64,000 nucleotides of DNA from Candidatus Roizmanbacteria bacterium (GCA_037444855.1 JBBILO010000004.1:852-64851), one strand, 5' to 3'; counted from the stretch's first letter, positions 47,309 to 56,649 are shown. The notes: generated by a model not told the origin, from the sequence alone. Translations and numbers: made by a program.

Positions 47309-49177
47309 TTAAATTTTTTCTAATTCTTTTTTTGCCTCTTCTTCGGTAATATTTCGCTGATTCGAAGAAAAATAAAATCTTACTGTTAATCGATTTTGGT
47401 ACAAATCAATGACTTCTAATTTTTGGAATAATGGCGATTGCTTAGATTTGTTTAAAATTTTTTCAAAAGTTAGCTCAGGAGACAAGTTAAAGGTTTTGTC
47501 TAATTTAATTACTGCATAAGGATTGATTGGGATATATTTGGGCAAAATACGATATTTTTTTATAAACTGATTTAGGTCAATCTCAACTAAATAAATACTA
47601 TTTTTTTCAATTATTTGAAAATCAAGATCATCGATATGAATCTCATTGATCAATGCTTCAATGATTCCTTTAAGGTCAAAATAATCGGTGTTAACGGCAA
47701 TTCCTAATCGATAAATCTCCTCGGGTAAGTCGTCTTTTATGGGCAGATAAACCTTAGCGATTTCAAAAAATTTTAGTTTCTCTCTTTTTCCTTGATTATC
47801 TTTGATATTTTTATAAAGTGATGGTAAAAGTGATGTTCTTAAATATTCAATTTCTTTAGAAATCGTATTCTTTATCCTTAAATGATTTTTTACCTCTAAC
47901 CCCCATTCTTCGATCATCTCTTTTGAGATCATTGAATAATTAATGACTTCATTTAGTCCAAGATGTTTTAAGAAATATTTTATTTTTAATGAAAGGTTAA
48001 ATAACTGATCATATTCTACTGGTTGAATAAGAAGGGCTGGTGGTGATAAACGATTGGGTAAATTGTCGTAACCATAAATTCGAGCAATTTCCTCAACTAT
48101 ATCTTCAGGGATTGAGACATCATATTTTCGATAAAATGGGATCTCAACTATGACTTTATCTTCCATTGCTTTGGGTTTAAAATTTAAATCTGAAAGAATT
48201 GAAATAATTGTTTTCTTGTCAATCTCCAGACCAATTTTTTGCTTAATAAAATCAAAAGTGGTTTCGATTTTTTTTGGATTATAAGGATTGGGATAAATAT
48301 CAAAAACTTGAGAAATTGGTTTCGCTTTAGCATATTTCTCAAGTAGTTCAACGCCATAAACTAATGTTGGCTCCACTCTTTCTTCATCTAATCCTTTTTC
48401 AAAATAAGTGGCGGCGACTGTTCTCAAACCAGTATTCATCACCGTTTTTCTAATTTTTTCTTTGTTATATGTTTGAACAAAAAGAAGGATCCGTTTTGTT
48501 TTATTGGTAACTGAAGAATTCAAACCGCCCATGATTCCGCAAAGATCGACTAATCTTTCTTCCCCATCTTCGATAACAATATCGCCATCATTTAAAATGA
48601 TTTCTTTTTGATCTAAGGTGACAATTTTTTCGCCTCTCTTTGCTTCTCTCATAATCATTTTTCTCCCTTTTATTTGATCAAAATCAAAGATATGGACTGG
48701 TTGTCCGAATGTAATCATTAAATAATTTGAAATATCAACAACGTTATTAATTACTTTAATTCCAGCCGCTTGGAGCCGATGTTTAATAAATTCAGGAGAA
48801 GAATTAACTTCAACATGATCTAGAATAATGGCAGTAAAACGAGAGCATAAATTCGATTGGTTAATGATTATCTTAAGGTTTTCTTTTGACTCAGTTTTAA
48901 TATTTGAAAAACGATATTTTTTAAAAGGATTTAGTTTTAAAAGAGCTTTTTTGTTAAATCGAGGCAAGATAGCAATGGCCTCTTGGGCGATTCCAATAAC
49001 TGAAGCGGTATCTATTCGATTGCTAATGATTTCGATGTCGTAAATACAATCATCGTTAAATGGTTCAATTTTTTCAATCGAAGGACCGGAGATTGAGAGA
49101 TATTTTTGAATTTCATAAGGGTTGGCGTCTGTATTAAGATAATCTAATAACCATTGATGAGTAATTTTTATGTTCAT
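47309..49177 (-). CDS. pheT: Phenylalanine--tRNA ligase beta subunit (short form)
   Basis: B1-like N-terminus followed directly by IYDIEIISNRID. B3/4, B5 and the C-terminal anticodon-binding domain are present. 622 aa against about 800. Confidence 0.9.
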   Translation of the reverse strand: MNIKITHQWLLDYLNTDANPYEIQKYLSISGPSIEKIEPFNDDCIYDIEIISNRIDTASVIGIAQEAIAILPRFNKKALLKLNPFKKYRFSNIKTESKENLKIIINQSNLCSRFTAIILDHVEVNSSPEFIKHRLQAAGIKVINNVVDISNYLMITFGQPVHIFDFDQIKGRKMIMREAKRGEKIVTLDQKEIILNDGDIVIEDGEERLVDLCGIMGGLNSSVTNKTKRILLFVQTYNKEKIRKTVMNTGLRTVAATYFEKGLDEERVEPTLVYGVELLEKYAKAKPISQVFDIYPNPYNPKKIETTFDFIKQKIGLEIDKKTIISILSDLNFKPKAMEDKVIVEIPFYRKYDVSIPEDIVEEIARIYGYDNLPNRLSPPALLIQPVEYDQLFNLSLKIKYFLKHLGLNEVINYSMISKEMIEEWGLEVKNHLRIKNTISKEIEYLRTSLLPSLYKNIKDNQGKREKLKFFEIAKVYLPIKDDLPEEIYRLGIAVNTDYFDLKGIIEALINEIHIDDLDFQIIEKNSIYLVEIDLNQFIKKYRILPKYIPINPYAVIKLDKTFNLSPELTFEKILNKSKQSPLFQKLEVIDLYQNRLTVRFYFSSNQRNITEEEAKKELEKI

Positions 49178-49178
49178 A

Positions 49179-50216
49179 TCAGAATTGCTCTAAAAAGCGG
49201 ATATCACCGCTATATAAAATTCTAATATCATTAATTTCAATTCCTTCTTTCATTATCATGCAACGTTCGGGTCCAAATCCAAAAGCCCAACCGGAATATT
49301 CATTTGGGTCAATTCCGCCGGCTTTTAAAACATTTGGATGGACTAAGCCAGCTCCAGCTAGTTCTAACCAGCCAGACTTACAAACCTTACACTTTCGACC
49401 GCTAATTTCACCTTTTCCCTGGCACAGACCACAAGAAACATCAATTTCAAATGAAGGTTCAGTAAATTGAAAATGTGCCGGTCTCAATCTGATCGTTCTT
49501 TCTATTCCAAAAAAATTCTTGACAAAAAAATCAATGGTCCCTTTAAGATGAGTAATATTGATATCTTTATCAATGCATAAACCTTCAAATTGATGAAACA
49601 TGGGCGTATGGGTTGTATCCCAATTAGGTCGATATGTTTTGGCAATATTAATCATTCTAATTGGTGGTTTTATCCGGCGCATTTCTCGATTTTGGCCAGA
49701 GGATGTATGAGGAGAGAGAATCATTTTTCCAAATTTTTTATTTTCAGGAAAATCGACAAAAAAAGTTTCAAAATCATCTCTTGCTGGATGACCTTTGGGC
49801 ATGTTTAACGCTTCAAAGGCAAAATATTCCCATTCGACTTCGGGATAGGAAACGCGGACAAAACCGAGTTTATGAAAGATGCTAACGATTTCTTCTATAG
49901 TATAGGTTAATGGATGGAGACTGCCTTTAGGATATTTTTTGCCCGGTAAGGTTGGGTCAAAAAATCGATCGTGTTTTTTGTTTTTAATTAGTTTCACTTT
50001 TTCTTTAATTTGACTTTCGACGAATTGTTTAAATTCATTAATTTGCTTACCAAAAACTTTTTTTTCTTCGAGGGTGAGATCTTTAATTTTTAAAAGGAGA
50101 TTATTTATTATTCCATTTCTCCCAAGGTATGTTAAGCGAATTTCTTCGAGTTGATCAAAATTATTGATTTTTTCCAAAGATTCTAAAAACTCTTTTTTTA
50201 ATTGACTAGGATCCAT
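49179..50216 (-). CDS. pheS: Phenylalanine--tRNA ligase alpha subunit
   Basis: Class II motifs (HPARDDFETFF, FRPAHFQFTEPS, GFGPERC). 4-Cys insert CGLC..CKVC. Confidence 0.95.
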   Translation of the reverse strand: MDPSQLKKEFLESLEKINNFDQLEEIRLTYLGRNGIINNLLLKIKDLTLEEKKVFGKQINEFKQFVESQIKEKVKLIKNKKHDRFFDPTLPGKKYPKGSLHPLTYTIEEIVSIFHKLGFVRVSYPEVEWEYFAFEALNMPKGHPARDDFETFFVDFPENKKFGKMILSPHTSSGQNREMRRIKPPIRMINIAKTYRPNWDTTHTPMFHQFEGLCIDKDINITHLKGTIDFFVKNFFGIERTIRLRPAHFQFTEPSFEIDVSCGLCQGKGEISGRKCKVCKSGWLELAGAGLVHPNVLKAGGIDPNEYSGWAFGFGPERCMIMKEGIEINDIRILYSGDIRFLEQF

Positions 50217-50223
50217 AAAAAAT

Positions 50224-50229
50224 ATTATA
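50224..50229 (-). promoter_or_regulatory. -10 box TATAAT 7 nt before the pheS ATG
   Basis: Plus attata at 50224-50229; 7 nt; ATG at 50216. Confidence 0.4.
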
Positions 50230-50272
50230 CACTAGAATTTTATTAATTATTTTATGGTACAATAAAGAGTTT

Positions 50273-50827
50273 ATGGCAAAAATTGACAATTGGCGACTTA
50301 AAAAAGAGAAAAAAATTTTCACCCATCAAAAATTTGATGTTGTCGACTATTATTTGATAACGCCAGACAAGAGAGAAGTCGCTTTTACATATGTTAGACG
50401 AAGTTATGATTTTTCTTTAATTATCCCCTTTGAAAATGAATACTTCTTTATGGTAAAACAATATCGACCGGCTGCAAGAACATTATCAATAGAATTTCCT
50501 ATGGGTTCAATTAAAGAAATTAAATCACCCTTAAAAGTGGCGCAACAAGAATTAAAACAGGAAACAGGAATCGTAGCAAAAAGTTGGGAGAAACTTGCTT
50601 CGATTTATCCAGCTCCAGGATTTATTGTTCAAAGATGTCATATATATTTAGCTACCAATCTATCATTTAGCAAACAAGAATTAGAACCTTATGAATTTAT
50701 TAAAGTAATAAAAGTAAAGCTAGATGAATTCGACCAATTAATAAAATCCAATAAAATTTTTGATGGAGTAACACTTTCTGCCTATAGTTTATATAGAATT
50801 TACAGGGCTTTGGAAATGCAAACCTAA
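50273..50827 (+). CDS. NUDIX hydrolase (ADP-ribose pyrophosphatase-like)
   Basis: Nudix box GSIKEIKSPLKVAQQELKQETGI; 184 aa. Confidence 0.8.
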   Translation: MAKIDNWRLKKEKKIFTHQKFDVVDYYLITPDKREVAFTYVRRSYDFSLIIPFENEYFFMVKQYRPAARTLSIEFPMGSIKEIKSPLKVAQQELKQETGIVAKSWEKLASIYPAPGFIVQRCHIYLATNLSFSKQELEPYEFIKVIKVKLDEFDQLIKSNKIFDGVTLSAYSLYRIYRALEMQT

Positions 50828-50829
50828 AT

Positions 50830-53418
50830 TCATGTTGGCGATGGCGTCAACGTTGGAAATTCTGTTGGTGTTGGCGTTGTTGTTGGGGCTATCGTTGGTT
50901 CTTGAAAATCCCAAGGCTTATTGACACCAAAACGTATCTCACTTTCTCCTACCTTCCCTTTCTCGTTTTCCGCTCTTATTTTTAATTTATAAACACCATC
51001 ACTTAGTTGAAATTCTTCATCTATTGAGATTTTATTTTCATGCCATTCTTTAAGTTTTTGATTGTTGAGAAAGATTTCCACTTTTCTTATTGGAGATAAA
51101 CTGGTAATTTTTGTTTTAAGTGTAATTTTATTATCATTAATCGTTGATTGATTCGAAGGTTCCTTGATTGAAATAACAACATCTTCACTCGAAGCGTCAG
51201 ATATTTCTGTTGGAGGATGATATTTTGGATCTGATAAACTTTTTACCCATTGATCAATCCCCTCTTGCCATCGATTTTTACCATCGGTTGATACCGGATC
51301 ATCTTCCGTGAAGACAACAAACTCTTTTTCTTCATAATTGCCTGTTTTAATCTCAATCTCATTGGCTAGCTTTCCAGTTGATTTTGAAATCTTTAATTTT
51401 TTGTAGAATGGAGAGAGAGATCTGGGTTCGGTGCCTTCAATAAAATATTCTGACCGTTTTGGATATCCTTCTTTAGGTAATCCACCTAAGTAAGCGTCGA
51501 TTTCTAAGGCTTTGACCTTATTGGGTTTTTCAATAATTCCATCTTGATATTTTTTAAGCAGTTCAATCATCCCGCGATAAAAAATTGGTGAAGCTCCGGT
51601 AACACCTGACGCAATTCTCGGATCCATTTTTGAATTATCATTATTTCCTACCCAAACGCCAACAGTGATATCTTTGGTAAAGCCAACTGCCCAATTATCC
51701 CTTTTATCATCAGATGTCCCAGTCTTAACCGCAACGGTTTTTCCCGGTATTCTCAAATATGAATTAAGACCAAAAACTTCGGCTCTGGCATTGTTGTCTG
51801 ATAAAATATGGGAGATTAAAAAAGAGACTTCTGGTGAAAAAATTTTATTTTCAGCAGTTTTTTTTGATCGATAAATCAGCTTATTATTAAAATCTTTAAT
51901 TTCAAAAATGGCATTAACATCTTTGGCGACCCCACCACGAGCGAAAGTACTCATTGCTTTGGTTAAATCCAAAAGAGTGGTTTCGCCACCGCCAAGAGTA
52001 ATTGATAAACCAAAACGTGTTAAATTTTTTTCATTAGGTTCAAAGGTAGTAATACCCATTTGATAAGCTTTTTGGAGAAAGTTTTTTACCCCTACAATAG
52101 CGAGCATTTTTACTGCTGGTATATTTTCTGAATTCCCAAGAGCAAAACGAATTTGCATGGGTCCACGAAATTTACCATCATAGTTTTGTGGAATGTAATC
52201 AGCTCCTCCCTGTTGAGGAAAGACTGTTTTGACATCCATTAAAACTGAAGATGGGGTATATCCCTTTTCAAAAGCAAGGGCATAGGTGATTGGCTTTAAG
52301 GTAGAACCAGGTTGTCTTAAGCCTAATGCGGCATTAAAATTGCCATATTTTTTATCGTTATAGTCATATGAGCCAATCATGGCGAGGATATTGCCGGTTT
52401 TATTTTCAATAACAACTAAAGCACCATTGGTGGCGTTAAGACTTTTTATTTTATTTATTTCATCTTTAACTATCTTCTCTAATTTATTTTGAAGTTCTAA
52501 ATCAATAGTTGTTTTTATTTTTAAACCTTGATTAAGAATATTAGCACCAAACTCTTTTTCAATTAAATCTTTGACATAAAAGACAAAATGAGGGGCGTTG
52601 ATGCTTAGCTTGGGGTGAGAAAAACTGAGCTTATTCATCTCTTCAAGTGCTTTCTTCTCTTGCTTACTATCGATATAACCATCTTCTCTCATCCGACGAA
52701 GAACATCTTGAGTTCGTCTTTTCCAAGTATCTTTTTTTCCAATAAAAGGAGAATAAATGCTTGGCGATTGAGGCAAACCAGCTAAGAAGGCCGATTCAAT
52801 CAGCGATAAATTTTTTGGCTCTTTGCCAAAATATCCACGAGCGGCTGATCCTACTCCCCAAAATGTTCCTCCATAGGGAGCCTCATTAAGATACATCTCT
52901 AAAATTTGGTCTTTTGTATATCTTCGTTCGACTTCAAAGGCAAGAATAATCTCCTTAATTTTTCTCGAAGGTGTTCTTTTAGAGTCAAGTAAGACATTTT
53001 TAATTAATTGTTGAGTAATCGTTGAGCCTCCTTGCAACTGCTTTCGAAAAATAAATGAATAAATAAAGGCACGAATTAAACCTGTTTGGGAGATTCCTTT
53101 ATGTTGATAAAAATTTTTATCTTCAATGGCAATCGTCGCTTGAACTAAATATTTTGATACGTCATCTAATTTAACAGGGACACGATTTTTATCTTTATAT
53201 AGTTCAAAAAGGATTTTATTATTTTTGTCATAAAAAACAGTTGATTTCTCAGATTGAGAAAGTTTTCCAGGCGAAGGTAGATCTTTAGCAAACCAGGCAA
53301 AGACAATTAATGAGAAAAAGAAACTTGATAAAATAAATATACCCAGAATTATCAATAATTTTGAATAGAGACTTATAACTTGGTAATTTTTCTTAATATT
53401 ATTGGGGTGATAGATCAT
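50830..53418 (-). CDS. Class A penicillin-binding protein (PBP1A-type) with C-terminal extension and Thr/Pro-rich tail
   Basis: Glycosyltransferase EDKNFYQHKGI and RKIKE. Transpeptidase STLK, SEN and KTGT. About 220 extra C-terminal aa ending TIAPTTTPTPTEFPTLTPSPT. Confidence 0.92.
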   Translation of the reverse strand: MIYHPNNIKKNYQVISLYSKLLIILGIFILSSFFFSLIVFAWFAKDLPSPGKLSQSEKSTVFYDKNNKILFELYKDKNRVPVKLDDVSKYLVQATIAIEDKNFYQHKGISQTGLIRAFIYSFIFRKQLQGGSTITQQLIKNVLLDSKRTPSRKIKEIILAFEVERRYTKDQILEMYLNEAPYGGTFWGVGSAARGYFGKEPKNLSLIESAFLAGLPQSPSIYSPFIGKKDTWKRRTQDVLRRMREDGYIDSKQEKKALEEMNKLSFSHPKLSINAPHFVFYVKDLIEKEFGANILNQGLKIKTTIDLELQNKLEKIVKDEINKIKSLNATNGALVVIENKTGNILAMIGSYDYNDKKYGNFNAALGLRQPGSTLKPITYALAFEKGYTPSSVLMDVKTVFPQQGGADYIPQNYDGKFRGPMQIRFALGNSENIPAVKMLAIVGVKNFLQKAYQMGITTFEPNEKNLTRFGLSITLGGGETTLLDLTKAMSTFARGGVAKDVNAIFEIKDFNNKLIYRSKKTAENKIFSPEVSFLISHILSDNNARAEVFGLNSYLRIPGKTVAVKTGTSDDKRDNWAVGFTKDITVGVWVGNNDNSKMDPRIASGVTGASPIFYRGMIELLKKYQDGIIEKPNKVKALEIDAYLGGLPKEGYPKRSEYFIEGTEPRSLSPFYKKLKISKSTGKLANEIEIKTGNYEEKEFVVFTEDDPVSTDGKNRWQEGIDQWVKSLSDPKYHPPTEISDASSEDVVISIKEPSNQSTINDNKITLKTKITSLSPIRKVEIFLNNQKLKEWHENKISIDEEFQLSDGVYKLKIRAENEKGKVGESEIRFGVNKPWDFQEPTIAPTTTPTPTEFPTLTPSPT

Positions 53419-53424
53419 ATTAAA

Positions 53425-53430
53425 AGTATA
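53425..53430 (-). promoter_or_regulatory. -10 box TATACT 6 nt before the PBP1A ATG
   Basis: Plus agtata at 53425-53430; 6 nt; ATG at 53418. Confidence 0.4.
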
Positions 53431-53477
53431 CTAAACAAATCGATTAATTTTAGATGATGGGGTAAAAATAATTTCTA

Positions 53478-54086
53478 TTAATATTTCATTCTTCCCTCAA
53501 GCGATTTTTTAAGAGTCATATAATCGGCATATTCGATACTGGCACCAATAGGCAGTCCGTATCCTATCCTTGATATTTTAATGGACGGATAATTTTTTTC
53601 AATTTTTTCTTTAATAAACATTGCCGTCGCTTCACCTTCTAAATTAGGATTAGTGGCTAAAATTATTTCTTTAATTTGGGATTCTTTTTTAATTCTATTT
53701 AAAAGTTCCGCAATTTTTATATCTTCTGGACCAATATGATTTAAAGGGTCGATTCTTCCATGAAGGACATGATATAGACCATGGTAAATTCTTCCTTTTT
53801 CAAACGATAAAATATCATAGACTTGTTCAATGACAATAATTGTCGTTTGATCGCGAGAGGAATCAGAACATATTTGACAATAGTCGTTTTCAGTTAAATT
53901 AAAGCAACGTCGACAAAGCTTGGTTTTTGATTTTAAATTAGCAATTGCTTGAGAAAACTCTAATAAAACATTCTCAGGAAGTCGGAGCATGTACAGAGCC
54001 AATCTATTAGCGGTTTTTTCGCCAATTCCTGGTAGTTGTTCTAGAAATAAGGAAATTTTTTTTAGATTTTTTGGTAAGTCAAACAT
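53478..54086 (-). CDS. recR: Recombination protein RecR
   Basis: HhH N-terminus, Zn finger CRRC..CQIC, Toprim domain; 202 aa. Confidence 0.92.
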   Translation of the reverse strand: MFDLPKNLKKISLFLEQLPGIGEKTANRLALYMLRLPENVLLEFSQAIANLKSKTKLCRRCFNLTENDYCQICSDSSRDQTTIIVIEQVYDILSFEKGRIYHGLYHVLHGRIDPLNHIGPEDIKIAELLNRIKKESQIKEIILATNPNLEGEATAMFIKEKIEKNYPSIKISRIGYGLPIGASIEYADYMTLKKSLEGRMKY

Positions 54087-54088
54087 CT

Positions 54089-55780
54089 TTAAATATTAAT
54101 GATTTCAACTATCACCAACGGCTTTCTTCCCTTTATCCGAAAATAAAATTCTTCTAATTTATTGATAATTTCACGTTTAATATTGTTTAGTTTGAAGGCT
54201 TTCTCTTTTTTTGGTTTTAAAATTTGAGCGACTATTTTCTTTGATTGCTTTAGCAACTCTTCCTCGTTTTTTTCGTATATGAATCCTCGAGTGACAATTC
54301 TCGGTTGGCTTAACAATCGAAAATTATTATCGAGTGTTAAGATAACGACGACGATGCCTTCGGTGGCTAAATTTTTTCTATCTCGAAGTACGATATTTCC
54401 CACATCTCCGACTCCATAAGCATCTACATAAATAGTTTTTGTTTCGATCTTTCTACCAAGATATAATCGATTCTTTTCGATCCATAACGAGTCTCCTTCC
54501 TCCAATAAAAAGACTGAGTTTTCAGGATATCCTAGCTCTTTAACTATTCGCTGAAACTGTCTTTGATGACGAAGGGTTCCTCCAATAGGAACAAAGTATT
54601 TTGGATTAATGAATCGAATAAGAAACTTTAAGTCGTCAATATTGCCATGACCAGAGGCATGAAGTTGGTCACTAATACTTGGGTAGATTACCTCAGCGCC
54701 TTTTTTTATTAATTCCTCGACCAAATCATAAACCTCAGTTTCGTTGCCAGGAATTGGATCAGAAGAAAAAATAATCTTGTCGCCTTTGGTAATTTTAACG
54801 TTTGGATTATCGCCTCTTGATATTTTTGCCAAGGCAGAATCAAATTGTCCTTGTGAACCGGCAACAATCAGACAAATTTTTTTGGGTGGATAACGATTAA
54901 TTTGTTCTTCTTTAATTAAAATTGATTCCAAGCCTGAGAGATAACCAATTTCTTTAGCCGCTTTAGTATTTTCTTTCATCGACCGTCCAAGAAAAGCAAT
55001 TTTCCGATTTAATTTTTGAGCGACCTCGATACATTGTCTTATCCGAGAAATATTGCTTGAGAACGTGGTCATGATAAATTTGCCTTTGGTGGTTCGCATT
55101 TCTCGCTCAAAGCTTTCCCCAACAACGCTTTCTGACAGAGTTAACCCTTCTCTTTCCGCGCCCAACGAATCTGAAAGCAAAAGATTAACACCAATTTTGC
55201 CTACTTTAGTTATTTCATAAAAATTAGGAGGTGGTCCATAAGGAGGAGTAAGATCAAATTTAAAATCAGCTCCGTGGTAAACATTGCCTGCCGGCGTTTG
55301 AATAAAGATATGAGTGGTATCAGGAATTGAGTGAGTCACGTTAATAAATCTGACTTTAAAATTACTAAATTGATAATCAGTTAAATAACGGATTTCATTC
55401 ACTTTTTTTCGATAGCCAAAATCTTCAAGTTTCTTATTTAAGAAAAGGGCAGTTAGGCGACTACCGTATAAATCAGGTTGTTTTAATCGATCGTAAAGAT
55501 ATGGAATTCCACTGATATGATCTTCATGACCATGGGTAAACAGAATGGCCCGAATTTTACTGATTTTATCTTCTTTAGCTTTATCCTTTTCTGCTAAATA
55601 ACTGATATCAGGGATTATTAAATCAACCCCAAGTGATTTTTCTCTTGGAAAGCCAATTCCGCAATCAACAATTAAAATATCAACCAATTCATCATTTTGA
55701 TAAAGTTCATAAACATACATATTTTTTGTCACATCAGTTACGCCTCCTAAAGGAATGAATTTTAGTCGCCAATTGATCAT
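54089..55780 (-). CDS. rnj: Ribonuclease J
   Basis: Metallo-beta-lactamase HGHEDH, beta-CASP, RNase J C-terminal domain; 563 aa. Confidence 0.92.
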   Translation of the reverse strand: MINWRLKFIPLGGVTDVTKNMYVYELYQNDELVDILIVDCGIGFPREKSLGVDLIIPDISYLAEKDKAKEDKISKIRAILFTHGHEDHISGIPYLYDRLKQPDLYGSRLTALFLNKKLEDFGYRKKVNEIRYLTDYQFSNFKVRFINVTHSIPDTTHIFIQTPAGNVYHGADFKFDLTPPYGPPPNFYEITKVGKIGVNLLLSDSLGAEREGLTLSESVVGESFEREMRTTKGKFIMTTFSSNISRIRQCIEVAQKLNRKIAFLGRSMKENTKAAKEIGYLSGLESILIKEEQINRYPPKKICLIVAGSQGQFDSALAKISRGDNPNVKITKGDKIIFSSDPIPGNETEVYDLVEELIKKGAEVIYPSISDQLHASGHGNIDDLKFLIRFINPKYFVPIGGTLRHQRQFQRIVKELGYPENSVFLLEEGDSLWIEKNRLYLGRKIETKTIYVDAYGVGDVGNIVLRDRKNLATEGIVVVILTLDNNFRLLSQPRIVTRGFIYEKNEEELLKQSKKIVAQILKPKKEKAFKLNNIKREIINKLEEFYFRIKGRKPLVIVEIINI

Positions 55781-55786
55781 ATTGAG

Positions 55787-55796
55787 ATTATATAAT
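55787..55796. promoter_or_regulatory. Palindromic ATTATATAAT providing overlapping -10 boxes for divergent rnj and the DUF59 gene
   Basis: The 22-bp intergenic region is 6 nt + ATTATATAAT + 6 nt. TATAAT reads outward on both strands, each 6 nt from its ATG (55780 and 55803). Confidence 0.55.
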
Positions 55797-55802
55797 ATTT
55801 AT

Positions 55803-56108
55803 ATGAAGAAATTGACAAAAAAAGTGGTTCTCAATACCTTAAAAAATGTTTACGACCCTGAATTGCACATTAATATCGTTGATCTTGGATTAATAAGAAA
55901 AGTCATTATTAAAAAAAGTGAGATAAGAATTGTTATGACATTGACAACCATTGGCTGTCCGCTAATCTCAGTCATTGAAGACGAAATAAAAAAACAATTA
56001 GAAAAAATCGGGCTTGCTGAAGAACAAGTTAAGATAGAACTCAATTTCGATCAACCATGGTCGATAGATGATATGACAGCTTCAGCAAGGGCAATGCTTG
56101 GATTATGA
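55803..56108 (+). CDS. DUF59/MIP18-family Fe-S cluster assembly protein (SufT/PaaD-like)
   Basis: VYDPELHINIVDLGLI signature and conserved Cys in TTIGCPL. Start set to ATG 55803. Confidence 0.8.
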   Translation: MKKLTKKVVLNTLKNVYDPELHINIVDLGLIRKVIIKKSEIRIVMTLTTIGCPLISVIEDEIKKQLEKIGLAEEQVKIELNFDQPWSIDDMTASARAMLGL

Positions 56109-56130
56109 TGAGATTTAATTTAATATTAAA

Positions 56131-56643
56131 ATGACTAAACCAGGATTTTTTGAGGATACCTTTGAAAAATTAGTTGAATTAGGGACAAGCACCGCAAAAA
56201 AAACTGGAAAATCACTGGCTCAAACATTTAGTCCATTAAAACTGTTAGAAAAATCCGTGGGACTAAATAATGGTCAAGATGATCTTCAAGAGAGGGAAAA
56301 GAAAATAAGCAAAGATTCTCATACTCCATTAAATTTTGAAAAATTAAAGGAGAAATATGAGCAACAGGATAAACAAAGGGAAAATGCTTTAAAGAATCGG
56401 CTTTTTCAATTAGTTAAACAAGGCGAAGAAAAAGAAATTGAAATAAAAAAACAAGAAGAAATGAAAAAAAAACAAGAGGAAGAAAGAGAGAGGGCAGAAA
56501 GAGAACGAAGGAAAAAAATTGAGGAAGAGCAAAAAACTCAAGAGTTGATACCAAGAGGAAAAATTAGACGAAGTATATTTAGCCCAAAAAAAGCAGCTCA
56601 ACAAAAGCATGCCGAATTCAAACCGGCTGCGAGTAAAAATTAA
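56131..56643 (+). CDS. Lys/Glu-rich low-complexity hypothetical protein
   Basis: 170-aa ORF with a long charged helix (EEKEIEIKKQEEMKKKQEEERERAERERRKKIEEEQ). TTTAAT lies 6 nt before the ATG. Confidence 0.45.
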   Translation: MTKPGFFEDTFEKLVELGTSTAKKTGKSLAQTFSPLKLLEKSVGLNNGQDDLQEREKKISKDSHTPLNFEKLKEKYEQQDKQRENALKNRLFQLVKQGEEKEIEIKKQEEMKKKQEEERERAERERRKKIEEEQKTQELIPRGKIRRSIFSPKKAAQQKHAEFKPAASKN

Positions 56644-56649
56644 CTTAAT

